Positions 37,330 through 49,600 are shown, numbered from the whole stretch's first letter. The stretch is 63,600 nucleotides of DNA, filler included, from Octopus bimaculoides (GCF_001194135.2; 5 parts of 5 records of this genome joined end to end with filler, not necessarily neighbours in it); one strand, 5' to 3'. Notes: generated by a model not told the origin, from the sequence alone. Numbers and translations are program-made.

Positions 37330-38365
37330 TTTGAAGCCAAACTATCAGCCTTGTTAAATAACTGGCTAATCTTCTGATGAATTAACTGAGGGAACCTTTT
37401 ATACAAGATCATAATGATTTTTCAACTGAAACTTGAACTTGCCATGCAGATGGTTACTACAAACAACATGGCTGGACACAACAACTACAACACAACTCAG
37501 GAATAGAATGAAAACAGCAGCTCAACAGGTAAACAGATTATTTCTAGCTATAGCTATAGAAGAAACTGTAACAACAAAACACATTTTCATTGTAGTTAGG
37601 AATTAAATGCTGATTTATTTAACTGTTATAAAAGAGCAAAGCAAAACACCACTGTTGGAATATGAGCAGATTGAAATCATACTGGGACGGTCTGCACCCA
37701 GAACTAAAGTTAATGAAATTGGAGAGGAGTATTTAAAACAGTGTAATGAACCTTCATTCTGGAAGATTAACACCTGCAAAGCAGTACATGAGCGAAGTTC
37801 AAAAAGTAAACAAAACTGAAACAATGAAGAAAGTGTCATTAGAGGAAAAGATAGCTAATTGATAGAAGATCATCAGCCATGTGATGATGATTATTGCGTG
37901 CAAACAAGTAAATCACTACAGGTCTCACCAACAAAAAGTGAAGAAAGAGATAGAAGTGATGTTTGGAGATAGCAAAAAAAGAACACTCACTTGCAAATTG
38001 ATCGCCCTCAAGCAGGAGCTAAAAGTTGTCAGTGAGAGATTCTGACATCAGAAGAAAATAACCAAGAGAAAAACAATAAACAAAAAATTTAACCAGAACC
38101 AGGCAACAGGGTACAGAGACGTGAGAGGAGAAGCATGAGAAGACAAAGACTACTTCTGGAGGAAAATTTGGAGTGAAGAGATGGAGTTTAACCAAAATAC
38201 TCTATGACTGGAAGAAAATCGAAGTTATTGTCCCTACATTACACCCAAGACATATAGCATTGATGGTGGTACCCTTATGACTGTAATCCAGAAACTTCAG
38301 GATGGAAATGCACCTGGAAGAGACTTCATTGCTGGATACTGGTACAAAAAGCTTACTTTCTACCA
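37330..38365 (+). mobile_element. Decayed non-LTR retrotransposon fragment, R4/Dong-like (region upstream of RT; 5' boundary approximate)
   Basis: Translated pieces FWRKIWSEEMEFNQN (~38155) and KLQDGNAPGRDFIAGYWYKKLT (~38293-38358) resemble the R4/Dong FW..IW and K.PGPD.I.G.W.KKL motifs. Confidence 0.7.
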
Positions 38366-38394
38366 AACATACGTCATCACAGTATTATCTATTG

Positions 38395-39415
38395 TTCACT
38401 GATGCTATATTTCTGGTAAGACAGCTGCAGGAGAAATACCTAGCCAAAGATAAACCTCTGTACCTGGCTTTCGTTGACATGGAGAAAGCCTTTGACAGGG
38501 TCCCCCGATACCTTATCTGGTGGTCAATGAGGAAACTAGGGATAGAAGAATGGTTAGTGAGAGCTGTGCAAGCCATGTACAGAGACGCTGTCAGTAAGGT
38601 GACAGTTGGCAACGAGTACAGTGAAGAATTCCGAGTAGAGGTAGGGGTCCACCAAGGTTCAGTCCTCAGTCCCCTCCAGGCAATAACACAGGAATTCAAG
38701 ACAGGATGCCCCAGAAAGCTCCTCTATGCTGATGACCTTGCACTAATTGCAGACTGTATGATGCATGTGTATGAACAGCCATGCTACACGGCAGTGAAAC
38801 ATGGGCCGTGACTGCTGAGGACTTGCGTAAGCTTGCAAGGAATGAAGCCAGTATGCTCTGATGGATGTGTAATGTCAGTGTGCATACTCAACAGAGTGTA
38901 AGTACCTTGAGAGAAAAGTTAAACCTAAGAAGTATCAGTTGTGGTGTGCAAGAGAGACGATTGCACTGATATGGTCATGTGGCAAGAATGGATGAGGATA
39001 GCTGTGTGAAAAAGTGTCACACCCTAGTGGTTGAGGGAACCTGTGGAAGAGGTAGACCTGGGATGAGGTTGTGAAGCACGACCTTCGAACATTAGGCCTC
39101 ACCGAGGCAATGACTTTTGAGCAAGGCCTTTGGAAATATGTTGTGCGTGAGAAGATCTGGCAAGCCAAGTGAGACCATAACCCAAGGCCTCTGCCAGGGG
39201 TGTAGCCAGCCCACTTATGTGTACCTTTCCTTCATTGGACACTAAACTCTGCTTGCGAAGACCTGTTGGGGCAAGTGAAAGCGAAATCGTGATGGCACCT
39301 GTACTAGTAGAGCGCTAAGAGCACCGTCTGAGTGTGATATCACCATTTGAGTGTGATCATTACCAGAGTCGCCTTCCCGGTACTTGTGCCAGTGGCACGT
39401 GAAAAGACATTAGAG
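38395..39415 (+). mobile_element. RTE-clade LINE 3' fragment (reverse transcriptase pseudogene plus 3' UTR)
   Basis: DAIFLVRQLQEKY..LYLAFVDMEKAFDRVPR..GVHQGSVLSP..LLYADDL, followed by a C-terminal L.*YGHVARM-like segment (~38960-38990). Frameshifts and deletions present. Confidence 0.92.
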
Positions 39416-40945
39416 CAGTTCTACAAAAAGAGAAGGAGAGAGAGAGACAGACAGACAAGCTAAAAAAAAAAATGATGAGCAATAGGCTTGTATTCATTTG
39501 CATATCAGAATGTTTGTTGGTGATACATATTAATTAACTAAAACATTGTTACAATTTATGCATAGATAAGTTATAAACAGAGTAACATGCATACATTTCA
39601 CAAATATATATTTACTTTCACTACATATCTAGACCTGTAGTTAAAAAGTCTCTGAAAAACAATCCAAAGAAGAACTCCACAAGTTTCACTTGATTATTGC
39701 TAGCTCACCAGTAGTGATTTTTTATTTCTTTATTTTACTGAGGGAGAGAAGCAGGATATATATATATATATATTTGTGTGTGTGTGTGAGTATGTGTGTG
39801 TGTGTAAACATGTATATGCATGTGTGTGTACATGTAATATTTAACACTATTCAGCATAAGGTATGCCATTTCAATATATGAAAGCATTTCTATATATTGG
39901 AACTTGAACTTGTGCTCTAAAATCATGTTGATGTCTAGTAATTTGCAAAAAATCCTGAAGGGATTGCTTTCATATATTGAACCTTGTTTGTGTGTGTGTG
40001 TGTGTGTGTGTGTTTGTGTGTGTGTTTGTGTGTGTGTATGTGTGTGTGTACACGTTTTTATGTTTCCTTGTATTTTTTTAACGCCACTATTGGTAGGATG
40101 TATGGATGCACCTGTTTGTTTGAGCAATTATTTTCTCATATGGAGACTATTACTATTGTTACTGGCTCAACACACATGTTATACATAGACAAATATACAT
40201 ATATAGAAAGAGAGAGAGAGAAAGAAGACACAAATAGCAACACAGATAGGCGGATGGGCGGACAGATAGACGGATGTATCGTTTTATGTTAGTATGTCAA
40301 CATGGACACCTACCCACATCCTGTCCATTGTTATTATATTTACACCAACAACTAAATCTTGACTGTTCCCCCACTGTTATTTATGATTGGAAGAACTTCT
40401 TTTGTGTCAGAAAAAGTTGGTTTGTAATTTCAGGAAAAAGTTATTTCACATAATGTAACTTTAAAAACAACAACTGTGAGTATTTGCTGCAGTGGAATAG
40501 TTAATTAGTTGATTTCTTTGGGTTGTTTCTTTTATGATTTAATCTTGTTACAGGGCATATTCCTCAGACTGCACACACTTTAACAACTAAGCTTCTATAT
40601 CAGAGGTGGAAAATCCCTCCACTCACAGGCAAAATTTTGATTGCATTCAAATTTTTAACTAATTATAAAATGAAATAGTTCAGCTAAGATGTAAACAGTA
40701 ATTACTTATGTTTCATACATTAATGGTTCATTATGTCTTTCAGTAAGGATATCCCCCATCATGTTCCTATACACTGGCGATTCATCCCTAATATTAACAA
40801 GGTTCATCATCTCAGCCAAAAATAGCAGTCAAATTATTTTTTTTCATATTATACCCTACTATCTTAAAAAAAAGAAGGATGATATTTAATATAGTCCTAG
40901 ATACACTGTACATAAAAAAAGATGAGATTGGTCAAAGTTGGAATA

Positions 40946-41868
40946 TGAGGGCCAGCTAAAAAGTTCATAGGCTGACCAAGATACTCTCATGGATTGTGAC
41001 CAAATAAGGTTTATTTTTCAACATAGTCCTCCTTGTGGTCCACACATTTCTTCCATTGGTGTTGCAGTGCTTGGATCCCATTGGTGAAGAAGCTTTCATC
41101 CAGTTTGTCAAAAAAGTCATCAACAACAGATATGATGTCATCACTGCAATACTGGTTCCAGACAAAGTTTTTTCATGTTGGAGATGAGGTACCATTGAAA
41201 CCAAGGACTTGTGTGCTGGTGTTTGGTCTTGATACCTTTCATAACTGCCTCAGCAAGTTGGCATAGCACCTTCTGTTGATGGTGTGACCCTTTTGAAGAT
41301 AGTTAATAAACAATGCCTTTTGCACCCCCAAAAATTGAGGCCATCATTTTTCCCTGCAGATGAAACAACCTTGTCTTCTTTAGAGCAGGTAAGGAGAGGT
41401 GCTTTCACTGCATGGATTGTCTCTTTATCACTGACTCAAAGTGATGAAGCCAGCACTCACCCTGAGTTATGGAACATTTAAAGGAACCAGCTGGATCTAC
41501 CTCAGACAATGTCAGATTTTCCTGTGATGTGATCAGTCTGGTACACTTTTGATTAGGTGTCAGAAGATGTTGCACTCACCAAGCAGAAATCTTCACCACA
41601 CCAAGTTCATTGTGCAGAATATTCTCAACTCTCTCACAGGTTGTTCTAATGATATTGGCTTCTTGATTTATAGTCAATCACCTGTCATCCATCAGTACAT
41701 GATGAACACAATATCTTCCTCAGTGGTGGCAGTTGCAGGATGTCAAAGCCTTGGGTTATCTTCAAGACTCTCCCTTCCCCTTCTAAATTCAGCTGCTCAC
41801 TTTTGCACTGCTGATAAAACTGGAGCATCATCCCCTAATGTAATGACCATGTCAGCATGAATGCCCTT
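40946..41868 (-). mobile_element. Mariner transposase remnant with 3' TIR
   Basis: Minus-strand pieces KGIHADMV..QK*AAEFRRGRESLED, ISAW*VQHLLTPNQK (WVPR-like), ITQGECWLHHFE (TGDETW-like) and GIQALQHQWKKCVDHKEDYVEK*. TA|TGAGGGCCAGCTAAAAAGT terminus at 40944. Confidence 0.9.
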
Positions 41869-42029
41869 GGGAGCGGGGGCAAGGGCTAACCCTTTTTCTT
41901 GACATACTTAATCTGGGTGTTGTATGGGAGTGAGGAACATATACTTTATTGAATTGAATACATGCTGTATGATATATGTTGTATATATATACATATATAT
42001 ATATTTTTTTATTATATATATATATATAT

Positions 42030-42090
42030 ATATACTGGTGGTGCCCCAGCATGGCCACAACCTCAAGGCTGAAACATATAAAACAATAAA
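42030..42090 (+). mobile_element. SINE D-type tail fragment
   Basis: ggtgccccagcatggccacaacctcaaggctgaaacatataaaacaataaaag matches the tails at 4225-4280, 25215-25275 and 53377-53440. Confidence 0.65.
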
Positions 42091-42120
42091 AGAATATATA
42101 TATATATATATATATATATA

Positions 42121-44600
42121 CTAGCTGATGTACCCGGTAATTCCTGGAAAAGCGGGGCTTATCCCTTGGTTCCGTTCTCACAATTTTTTCGCTAATCCAA
42201 TAACAACAATACAAAGTGTGTAGCCCTTAAAACAGTTTTTGTACATTTACAGAGAATACCAAACTGTCTTACATAGGATCTTGTTTTTAGGAATTTCCAA
42301 TAAGTTATGAATACTCAAATTGTGGAGGCAGTTACGTAATAACATGAAATTACTTACCCAATAACATGAAATTACATAATAGTAAGAATTCAAGAAAAGT
42401 AGCTCCAGAGTATATAGAACTTAGGAGGAAATACCAATAAAGTATGTATACAAAAATTATGAAGCATGTTACGTAATAACAGGCTAATCAGATATGAGAT
42501 AATAATTCAAAGTAAATAACTCTGAAAAGGGCTTTTGTGCATTCCCAGAGAATATTACCCTCAGGGCTGCTAGTTTGAAATATATTTACAATGAATGTAG
42601 AAACTGACTGTCATTTAGTTTTATAATAGACATACACATAAATTTCCATATAGATTTAAAAATAAAAAAACATGTAGATTATCAATACATTTACAACACT
42701 TACAAATATTACAATTAAATAATAAATACCTGACGATTGGTGAATCTTATTAAGTTTGCAGAGCTTTTTGATAAACAACATTTTTGGTCTTTCCTTGTGG
42801 AGCATAAATGAACAAATGATCAGGATTGCCAACTCTTAAGCATCCCACATAAAGTTGTAAGAAAAGTGGTTCCGCAAGGTTCAGACCTAACATGTTCAAG
42901 GACTGCCCCTGAGCCTTGTTAATGCTCATTGCAAAGATCAGTTTCAATGGGAATTGCAGGTACTTGTACTGGAAAGGCATATTCGAAGGAATAAGTGGAA
43001 TTCTAGGAATGAATACAGGCTCACCGCTTGCTTTACCAGTCATAATTGTTGACAGCCTCTTCTTTATTATAAGTCGTGTGCCATTGCAAATCTTTGGCGG
43101 ATTGAGGTTTTGAAGCAGCATAACTAATGCCCCAATCTTGAGGTGTAAGTTGTGAGGTGGGAGGCCAGGTAGTGTTAGACTATTCAAGAATTCACCTGGA
43201 TAATTCACAGCTTCATCAATATTGAGTACAGCGTCAATAGAATTGTAGATGTGACACTCACCTGGTAAACTGTTCCAGAAGTTTAAAGTTCAAATCATGA
43301 ACTGCCGCATTCTTTGGAGCTAAAATGGCATGGGCTTTCAGCCAGTTGTGGTCTGTAAACTAATTCCTCAGGTTAGGAAACACCTTGTTCATTAGTTCCT
43401 TTAAATCAGTTACCATATGTCCAAAAGGCAAGCTTACCTGACCATCCTTCTCACCAACTGAAATGTCATTACTGACGTCCAACAGTTGCTTTGGAAAGGT
43501 TCTGTCTGCATCATCACCACTGAGCTACACTCTCATGTTGGTTGTGAGTCTTAGCTTTTGCATACTTCTCCATAGGTAAGACAACTTTACGCTAGCATTT
43601 ACTTCATCAGTTCTTGTCCTCTTTAGAACCACAGGAAGGGTTTATCTAAATTTTCCTCTAAGCAAGACTGTAGCACCTCCCATGAGCTTGGTGTTGTGTC
43701 TCAGATCCTGAAGGGCCATGTCAAGAGCTTCAAAGGAAAACTTATGGCTTGTTGTCACTTCATCCCAAATGATTGACCTGCATTCACTCTGAAGTTTGCC
43801 TTTTATAGAACCATGACTCATGTTGCAGTTTGCCTTCTCTTTCTTGGACAGGTCCAAAGGGAGTTTGAAACAGGAATGAGCTGTGCAGCCACCACTTAAC
43901 AGAGTTGCAGCTATTCTACTTGACACCACTGCTAATGACATTGTGTTTCATTTGGCACAATTTAGCCAGAAGAAGGGTGATGACAAATGTTTTGCCAGTT
44001 CCACCTGGAGCATCCAGAAAGAAAAGACTTCCTCTTTCATTTTCAAAGCTCGAAATAATGGTGTCATAAACACCCAGTTGGTCCTCCATCAGTTTGTGTT
44101 CTTTATCAGCTATCTATACCATCATTTCCTCAATGTCATAGCTGATTTCTTACAGGTGCTCAATTGCGAGATTGTTTTCTGCCTGCTCTGGTTGAGGCAG
44201 ACCAAATGTGGAATTGCCCTGACCTCCCATAGCTTGCACTCGGGTGTTCAGGTCAAGTAATGCCTCATTGTAAATGGTGTTATTGAACATGGCAATTTCC
44301 GCTGAGGTTTGCTTTTGAATCCTTTGTAGGATGTCCTCTGCCATGCTGGTTTTGTAGGTTACCCAAAGTTTGAGAGGTTCACACAAGCCACATGTCATCA
44401 GCATGATAGAAAATAGCTGGCACAATTGATTTAGTGTTCTGCTGATTGTCATTCTTAATTTTAATTTCAGTTTTATTTTATTAATAGCCCTTTTCTCTTC
44501 TCACATATTTTATATTCATTTTTGATAAGGTTTTTCAAAAAAACCGAAACATGTAAATTAATTAAAACACCCAAAAAATGTTTTAAAAAGTGGCATTTTC
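42121..44600 (-). mobile_element. Helitron with pseudogenised PIF1-like helicase (5' boundary approximate)
   Basis: Minus-strand FFLDAPGGTGKTF (Walker A, ~44000-44035), AATLLSGGCTAHSCFKLP, IIWDE, LPGLPPHNLHLK, CNGTRL, FAMSINKAQGQSL and TKNVVYQKAL*. 3' hairpin ccaggaattaccggg plus CTAG|T at 42121-42124. Confidence 0.95.
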
Positions 44601-44615
44601 ATTTTTATTCATTTT

Positions 44616-44656
<41 letters not shown>

Positions 44657-44661
<5 letters not shown>

Positions 44662-45898
44662 TGTCCCAAAATTAAGGCAACCAACCTTTTTCAATTTGGT
44701 CAAAGGAAAACATTGTTATATTTCATGTCTGAGCATTGCAATGCAATGGTAAAGGAAATGCATTTGATATGACCATCTCTGTTTCAAATCCCAGTTTTAA
44801 ATATAGGTGCAAATGCTTCACATGTGGCACACACCTGTTCTTGCAGAATCAAAGCTGGTGCAGTTTTGCCTACAGAGTGTTGAGTAAAGCATAAGGAGTG
44901 CTCGAGACCTTTGTCTTCAAAATGGATCAAATAGAAAAATCCAACAGGTTGAGATTAGAGCTTCTTGAGGGCTATACACCCTTACCTATGAAAGACAGAA
45001 TGTTTTTCTGAATCCAGTGTTGTGTCTGTTTGGAGCTGTGGGATGGGGCCGAGTCTTGTTGTAGGCTCCAAGGTGCACCTTGAAAGTGCTCATTCACTCA
45101 TGGAAGCACTTCAGCTTCCAGAATGTCACTAATGTATTGTTGGATGCTAAAATTAACAGCCAAGGGTACAAAAACGAGGGGAGACTTTCCAATGACTGTC
45201 ACAGCCACCAAAATCATAACTGAGTTACAAGTCTACCTTTAAAGGTGCCAGAAGCATTCCAAAGCTGGTCATTCTGGTGGTTTACTGTCTGTTCAGTGTC
45301 AAATTTCTTTTCATCTGTGAACACCAGGTTAGACTGCATGCCGTCATCAATCTGACACAGGATAAGATAACTTCTCTCCAGTGTCGTGGCCTAATAAACT
45401 TGCATGAGCTCATGATGGCAGATCATCTGGTAGAGGTAGGTCCTGAGATCGTCCTTCAGTACTCAGTACATCAATGTTTGGCTTATTTTTGCTGTGGCAA
45501 CCAGTTTTCTGATGGAATGATGAAGATTTTGCTGTATCTTTTCTGTGGTACTTTGATAAGCTGAGGTCTCCATACACTTCTTTCTTGACCATGTCCAGGT
45601 CAGTCAGCGGTTGAACCAATCTCTTGAAATTTCTTGACAATTTTCCAGGCTGTTGTTCAGTTAATTTTAAGTTCTTTTGATATAGCTGTATTACTTTCAC
45701 CTCCTTTGTGGAGGAAGGTTATGATTGTATTTCAGTCTATAACCATTATCTAATTCATAAATCTGAATTTATTTAGTCTGAAACAAAAAGAAGACACACT
45801 AAGTTTTTATAATGACGTATAATTTTCATATCTTATCACATTTATTAATAGTTATCAAAACCTTGAAACTTTGCTTGCCTTAATTTCGGGACATCCTG
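44657..45898 (-). mobile_element. Full-length Tc1/mariner element of DD37D (maT) type, pseudogenised
   Basis: 24-bp TIRs (TAGTGTGTCCCAAAATTAAGGCAA and CAGGATGTCCCGAAATTAAGGCAA, 20/24 identical) flanked by TA. Minus-strand QQDSAPSHSS..V*PSRSSNLNLLD has 37 residues between the last two Asp. Confidence 0.9.
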
Positions 45899-45904
45899 TA
45901 TATA

Positions 45905-46068
45905 TACAACTGGCTTCTTTCAGTTTCTGTCTTCTAAATCCACTCACAAGGCTTTGGTTGTCCTGAGGCTATAGCAGAAGACACTTGTCCAAGGTACAAC
46001 ACAGTGGAATTGAACCCAGAACCATGTGGTTGGAAAGCAAGCTTCTTACCACATGCCTATGTGTATAT
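45905..46068 (-). mobile_element. SINE family B copy with CpG decay
   Basis: Colinear with 53570-53714, but CpG sites are mutated, mostly to TpG/CpA. Confidence 0.85.
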
Positions 46069-46127
46069 AATGTGTACATGAATGAATGTGTGCCTTTGTT
46101 TTATAACTGTATATGTCTGTACATATG

Positions 46128-46128
46128 T

Positions 46129-46163
<35 letters not shown>

Positions 46164-47030
46164 TGTCATCATTGTTTTAACATTCACCTTTCCATGCTCA
46201 CATGGGTTATTGAAACAGATCATCTACAGTTGTATGCCCTTCCTGTCCCCATCCTTCACCTGTTTCCAGGCAAAGTAATATTTCCCTTTAGGCCAGGCAA
46301 GTTTTTGCAGAATATTGGGAATGAATGGGACTGCTTATCTGACGGTTAACATTCATTCACGACTATCACATGTTGTTAAAACAAGGAGGCACAGATGCAC
46401 ACACACCACTTCCTTTACCATCCATCCAACACTCTCAACATGACACTTCCTTACTATTATGTGTTCATTGAATGCCCTTTTGCTTGAACACTACCTTCTC
46501 AGTATACACCACCACCACTATTCCTGATCTGTATCTCTTTCACTATGCATCTTCTCTCTCCTTGACACTTCACTCTCCTATTTCTCGTCTATTTATGGTT
46601 TTATTATACTGTTGCTCTCCATCGCTACCCATTTTTTTATGTATGTGTTACCACCTATCACCTTCTCCATGACTCCTTCCTATCTTCCTTACATTCCCCC
46701 AAACTGAGACTCAGCATTGCTCACACCTCCATTCATGTTCACCATTCACTGTTTTCACTTGTCCTCATTCTCCTTTCACACTTCATGAACCTTACGCACA
46801 AACCTACCTACCCATCCAGGCATCCTTAATTATCTGCTCCTACTCTCTCTATCCGTGTTTGTATATATCCTGATACTTTATCTCCACTATCCTTTCTCTT
46901 TCCTGTGGGGATACCCACATATCTCCTTCACAGCAACACATCTGTTCTTGTCCCTCTTTCCTACTTTAGCCTCTCTACTCTTAGCATAAAACCACCTCCC
47001 TCAATACTGCATCCCCACTCTGTCAAGGGA
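46128..47030 (-). mobile_element. Non-autonomous RTE-tailed element ending in (GAT)n (5' boundary approximate)
   Basis: Minus strand ends ggaagggcatacaactgtag..ggaaaggtgaatgttaaaacaat(gat)n, an RTE-like 3' motif with a short tandem-repeat tail. The body is purine-rich and non-coding. Confidence 0.6.
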
Positions 47031-47310
47031 TCTTGCAAAATTCACTGATGTCACAAAAGAAAGCACCCAGTACACTCCTTAAAGTGATTGGTAAAGTTTC
47101 TGTTATTGATTTAAGTTACTAGGTATTGTTTCATGAGTAATATACATTTAAGTTCTTAAAGTCCTTTCTTCTGGATTTTAGAATTGGATGTAATTGTGCA
47201 GATTCATCTTGCCTGGTTGTATTTATTTTTGTGAGCCTGTTGATTTGTGATTAAAATGTTTAACTGTTCTTGACTATATTTCATTGTAAATTAGATACTG
47301 TGGTTTCAAC

Positions 47311-47850
47311 ATCATCATCATCATTAAATATCCATTTCCCATGCTGGCATAGGTTGGACAGTTTGACAGAGGTTGGCTAAGCAGAAGACTGCACCAGGTT
47401 TAACAATCTGTTTTGGCAGGGTTTTTGCAGCTGGATGCCCTTCTTAACACCAACCACTTTACAGAGTGGATTGAGTGCTTTTTACATGGCACCAGCACCA
47501 GCCAGGTCTGTTTTAATATGGTTTTTACAGTTGGATGCCCTTCCAAACACAACCACTTTACAGTATGAACTGGATGCACCAGCACTGATGAGGTAACCAG
47601 CTAACTTGCAAGACAAAGATCCTTTGAGAGAGGGGGAGGTATTGGAGGAGGTAGCCTTGTGCCAGGTGATGAAAGGCTAGAGTGTGACAGAAGGACAGGA
47701 ACACTTGTCTTGCTGTAGAGGAGATACATGGTTGCCCAGTGAGAGAGAGAGAAAGAGAGAGAGAGAGAGTGGAAGAGAACAAGAGAATGAGAGTACAAGA
47801 GTGAGTGGGAGAGAGATGGTAGTGAAGTTCCAGGGCATACCTTCAAGGTA
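47311..47850 (-). mobile_element. RTE-tailed element with duplicated gaagggcatcca(g/a)ctg motif and (GAT)n tail
   Basis: ggatgcccttc occurs at ~47433 and ~47533; (cat)n at 47311-47324. Confidence 0.65.
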
Positions 47851-48650
47851 CGGTATGGTTTGTTATGGTTTCCAGGTGGTGAATAGGTATTTATGGATGT
47901 TATTGCTTAATTTTAATCTGAAGTGTGTGTATGTATATTTGAACTTCTCAGTATGTCATAACAAAATTAACATATTGAGGGGGGGTGCTACTTTCCTGCC
48001 AATCACAGTCCCAGATATTTATCAATAGATGCTGTTGTTGAAAGTGAAAAAGTTATTTTATAGGATGAACTTCAATTTTTCAATGATAAACCTTTTCCCA
48101 ATTCATTCAGGTCAGTTGTTTGGAAATTTTTCCAGCCAGAATTGTATGACTTCTGTTTCATATTCATGTCAAACTGTGGTGTAGAGATTTACTACATCAA
48201 ATGAGACAAATAGAGCGTTTATGTTGGTTTTATCTGTGAGATTGTGAAGCATACTATATGCTTCAGGATAGGTTTTAGAAGTATATCAGTAAAGTTACTT
48301 ACTTTATGTGTTTCACAAGTGCAACTGCAACAATTGGTTTTAATTTGAGATCTTTGGGATGTAATATGTTAATAATATACATTGAAATTGATTTTCTATA
48401 TGCTTTATTTATTGTTTTGCACCTGTAGACTTATGGGGCCTCCTAAAAGTTGCTGGTTTTGCATTCAGATCTTTTTAAATAGTCCCTTTCCTTTTCAAAC
48501 TGCTGGATGAAAATAGTCATCCAGCAGTTATATTAGATTGTCATTATTTTAGATTGTTAGTAATTGTTTACCTTTTTATAATAGGTGTTGTCACAAAGTA
48601 CAGATACTGCAGTATTTTGTAATGTTTTGAGTCTATAATGGCTTCAGCAC

Positions 48651-48912
48651 TGTTGTATTTCCCTTGGGTGACTCGCAGAGATAACACGAGTTATACAATT
48701 TAATTATTACATTTATTATTCAATTACATACAAAGAACGCACTCACCCAATGTTCGTTATGAATAAACAAAAGTCATGTCCGCCATATATATCTCAATGA
48801 CATTTTACTACGACAGTCACACAAGACAACAACAATGAAACAATGAACTCAGACGAACCACAGTGACACACGGAACGTCAGACGAATTACATATCTAACA
48901 GTCCATATAACA
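48651..48912 (-). mobile_element. 3' LTR (262 bp) of a Gypsy-like retrotransposon
   Basis: Minus strand begins TGTTATAT right after the polypurine tract GGGGAGG (48919-48913), ends ATACAACA and contains AATAAA. Confidence 0.75.
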
Positions 48913-48946
48913 CCTCCCCACTGAAATTGATGCTACACAAGAAGTA

Positions 48947-49500
48947 TCAACAGCAAAGTCTCTCTTGGGTTTTACGGGTTCTCTTGGACCGTCTTGGGTT
49001 GTCTGGTCCATACTCTGGAACGGGTAACATGATTTTGGGTCTGGTTTGTCTTTGAGTTTGTGGCACAGTTTCCGAGATCTCCATCGGGTGATCTGTTGCA
49101 AATTCAAATACAGTGTTTTCTGCATCACCAGGTTCATTGTCTTCCTCAGTTGTGTACCGTGGTCGCAGATGTTCCCAGTGTCATCTACACATCGGGCCAT
49201 GAGGTATGACCTTCACGTTAAAGCAGCGAGTACCCAATGACTTCTTAATGATTGCTGGTACCCATCGGGGATCTTTGTCTCGGCGAGGTCCATAGTATAG
49301 TGCATACACAGGATCTCCGGCCTTGTACTGCCTGATAATTTTAGCGACATCAGCCGAGCCAGGAGTCACCTGAGACTTATGTGCTTCTTTAGACTGTTTG
49401 CCTTGAGCAATGTGTGCTGGCGATGGCAGCAGAGAATCAATCCTTGTTCGTATCTGCCGGTTATTCAAAAGTTCACTTGGAGAGAATCCACAGGATGTCG
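48947..49500 (-). pseudogene. Gypsy-type integrase C-terminal region
   Basis: SPSELLNNRQIRTRIDSLLP..YKAGDPVYALYY..PRWVPAIIKKSLGTRCFNV..CR*HWEHLRPRY..PRRSKRTRK, typical of Gypsy integrase C-termini. Truncated by the join at 49501. Confidence 0.85.
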
Positions 49501-49600
49501 NNNNNNNNNNNNNNNNNNNNNNNNNNNNNNNNNNNNNNNNNNNNTTAATTAATTAANNNNNNNNNNNNNNNNNNNNNNNNNNNNNNNNNNNNNNNNNNNN
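49501..49600. other. Artificial scaffold join (44 N + TTAATTAATTAA + 44 N)
   Basis: Same 100-nt structure. Confidence 0.9.

Noticed and set aside
38302-38811. 169-aa ORF as an intact reverse transcriptase gene
   Set aside because: It is a chimera of two decayed LINE fragments, with deletions inside the RT and stops downstream.
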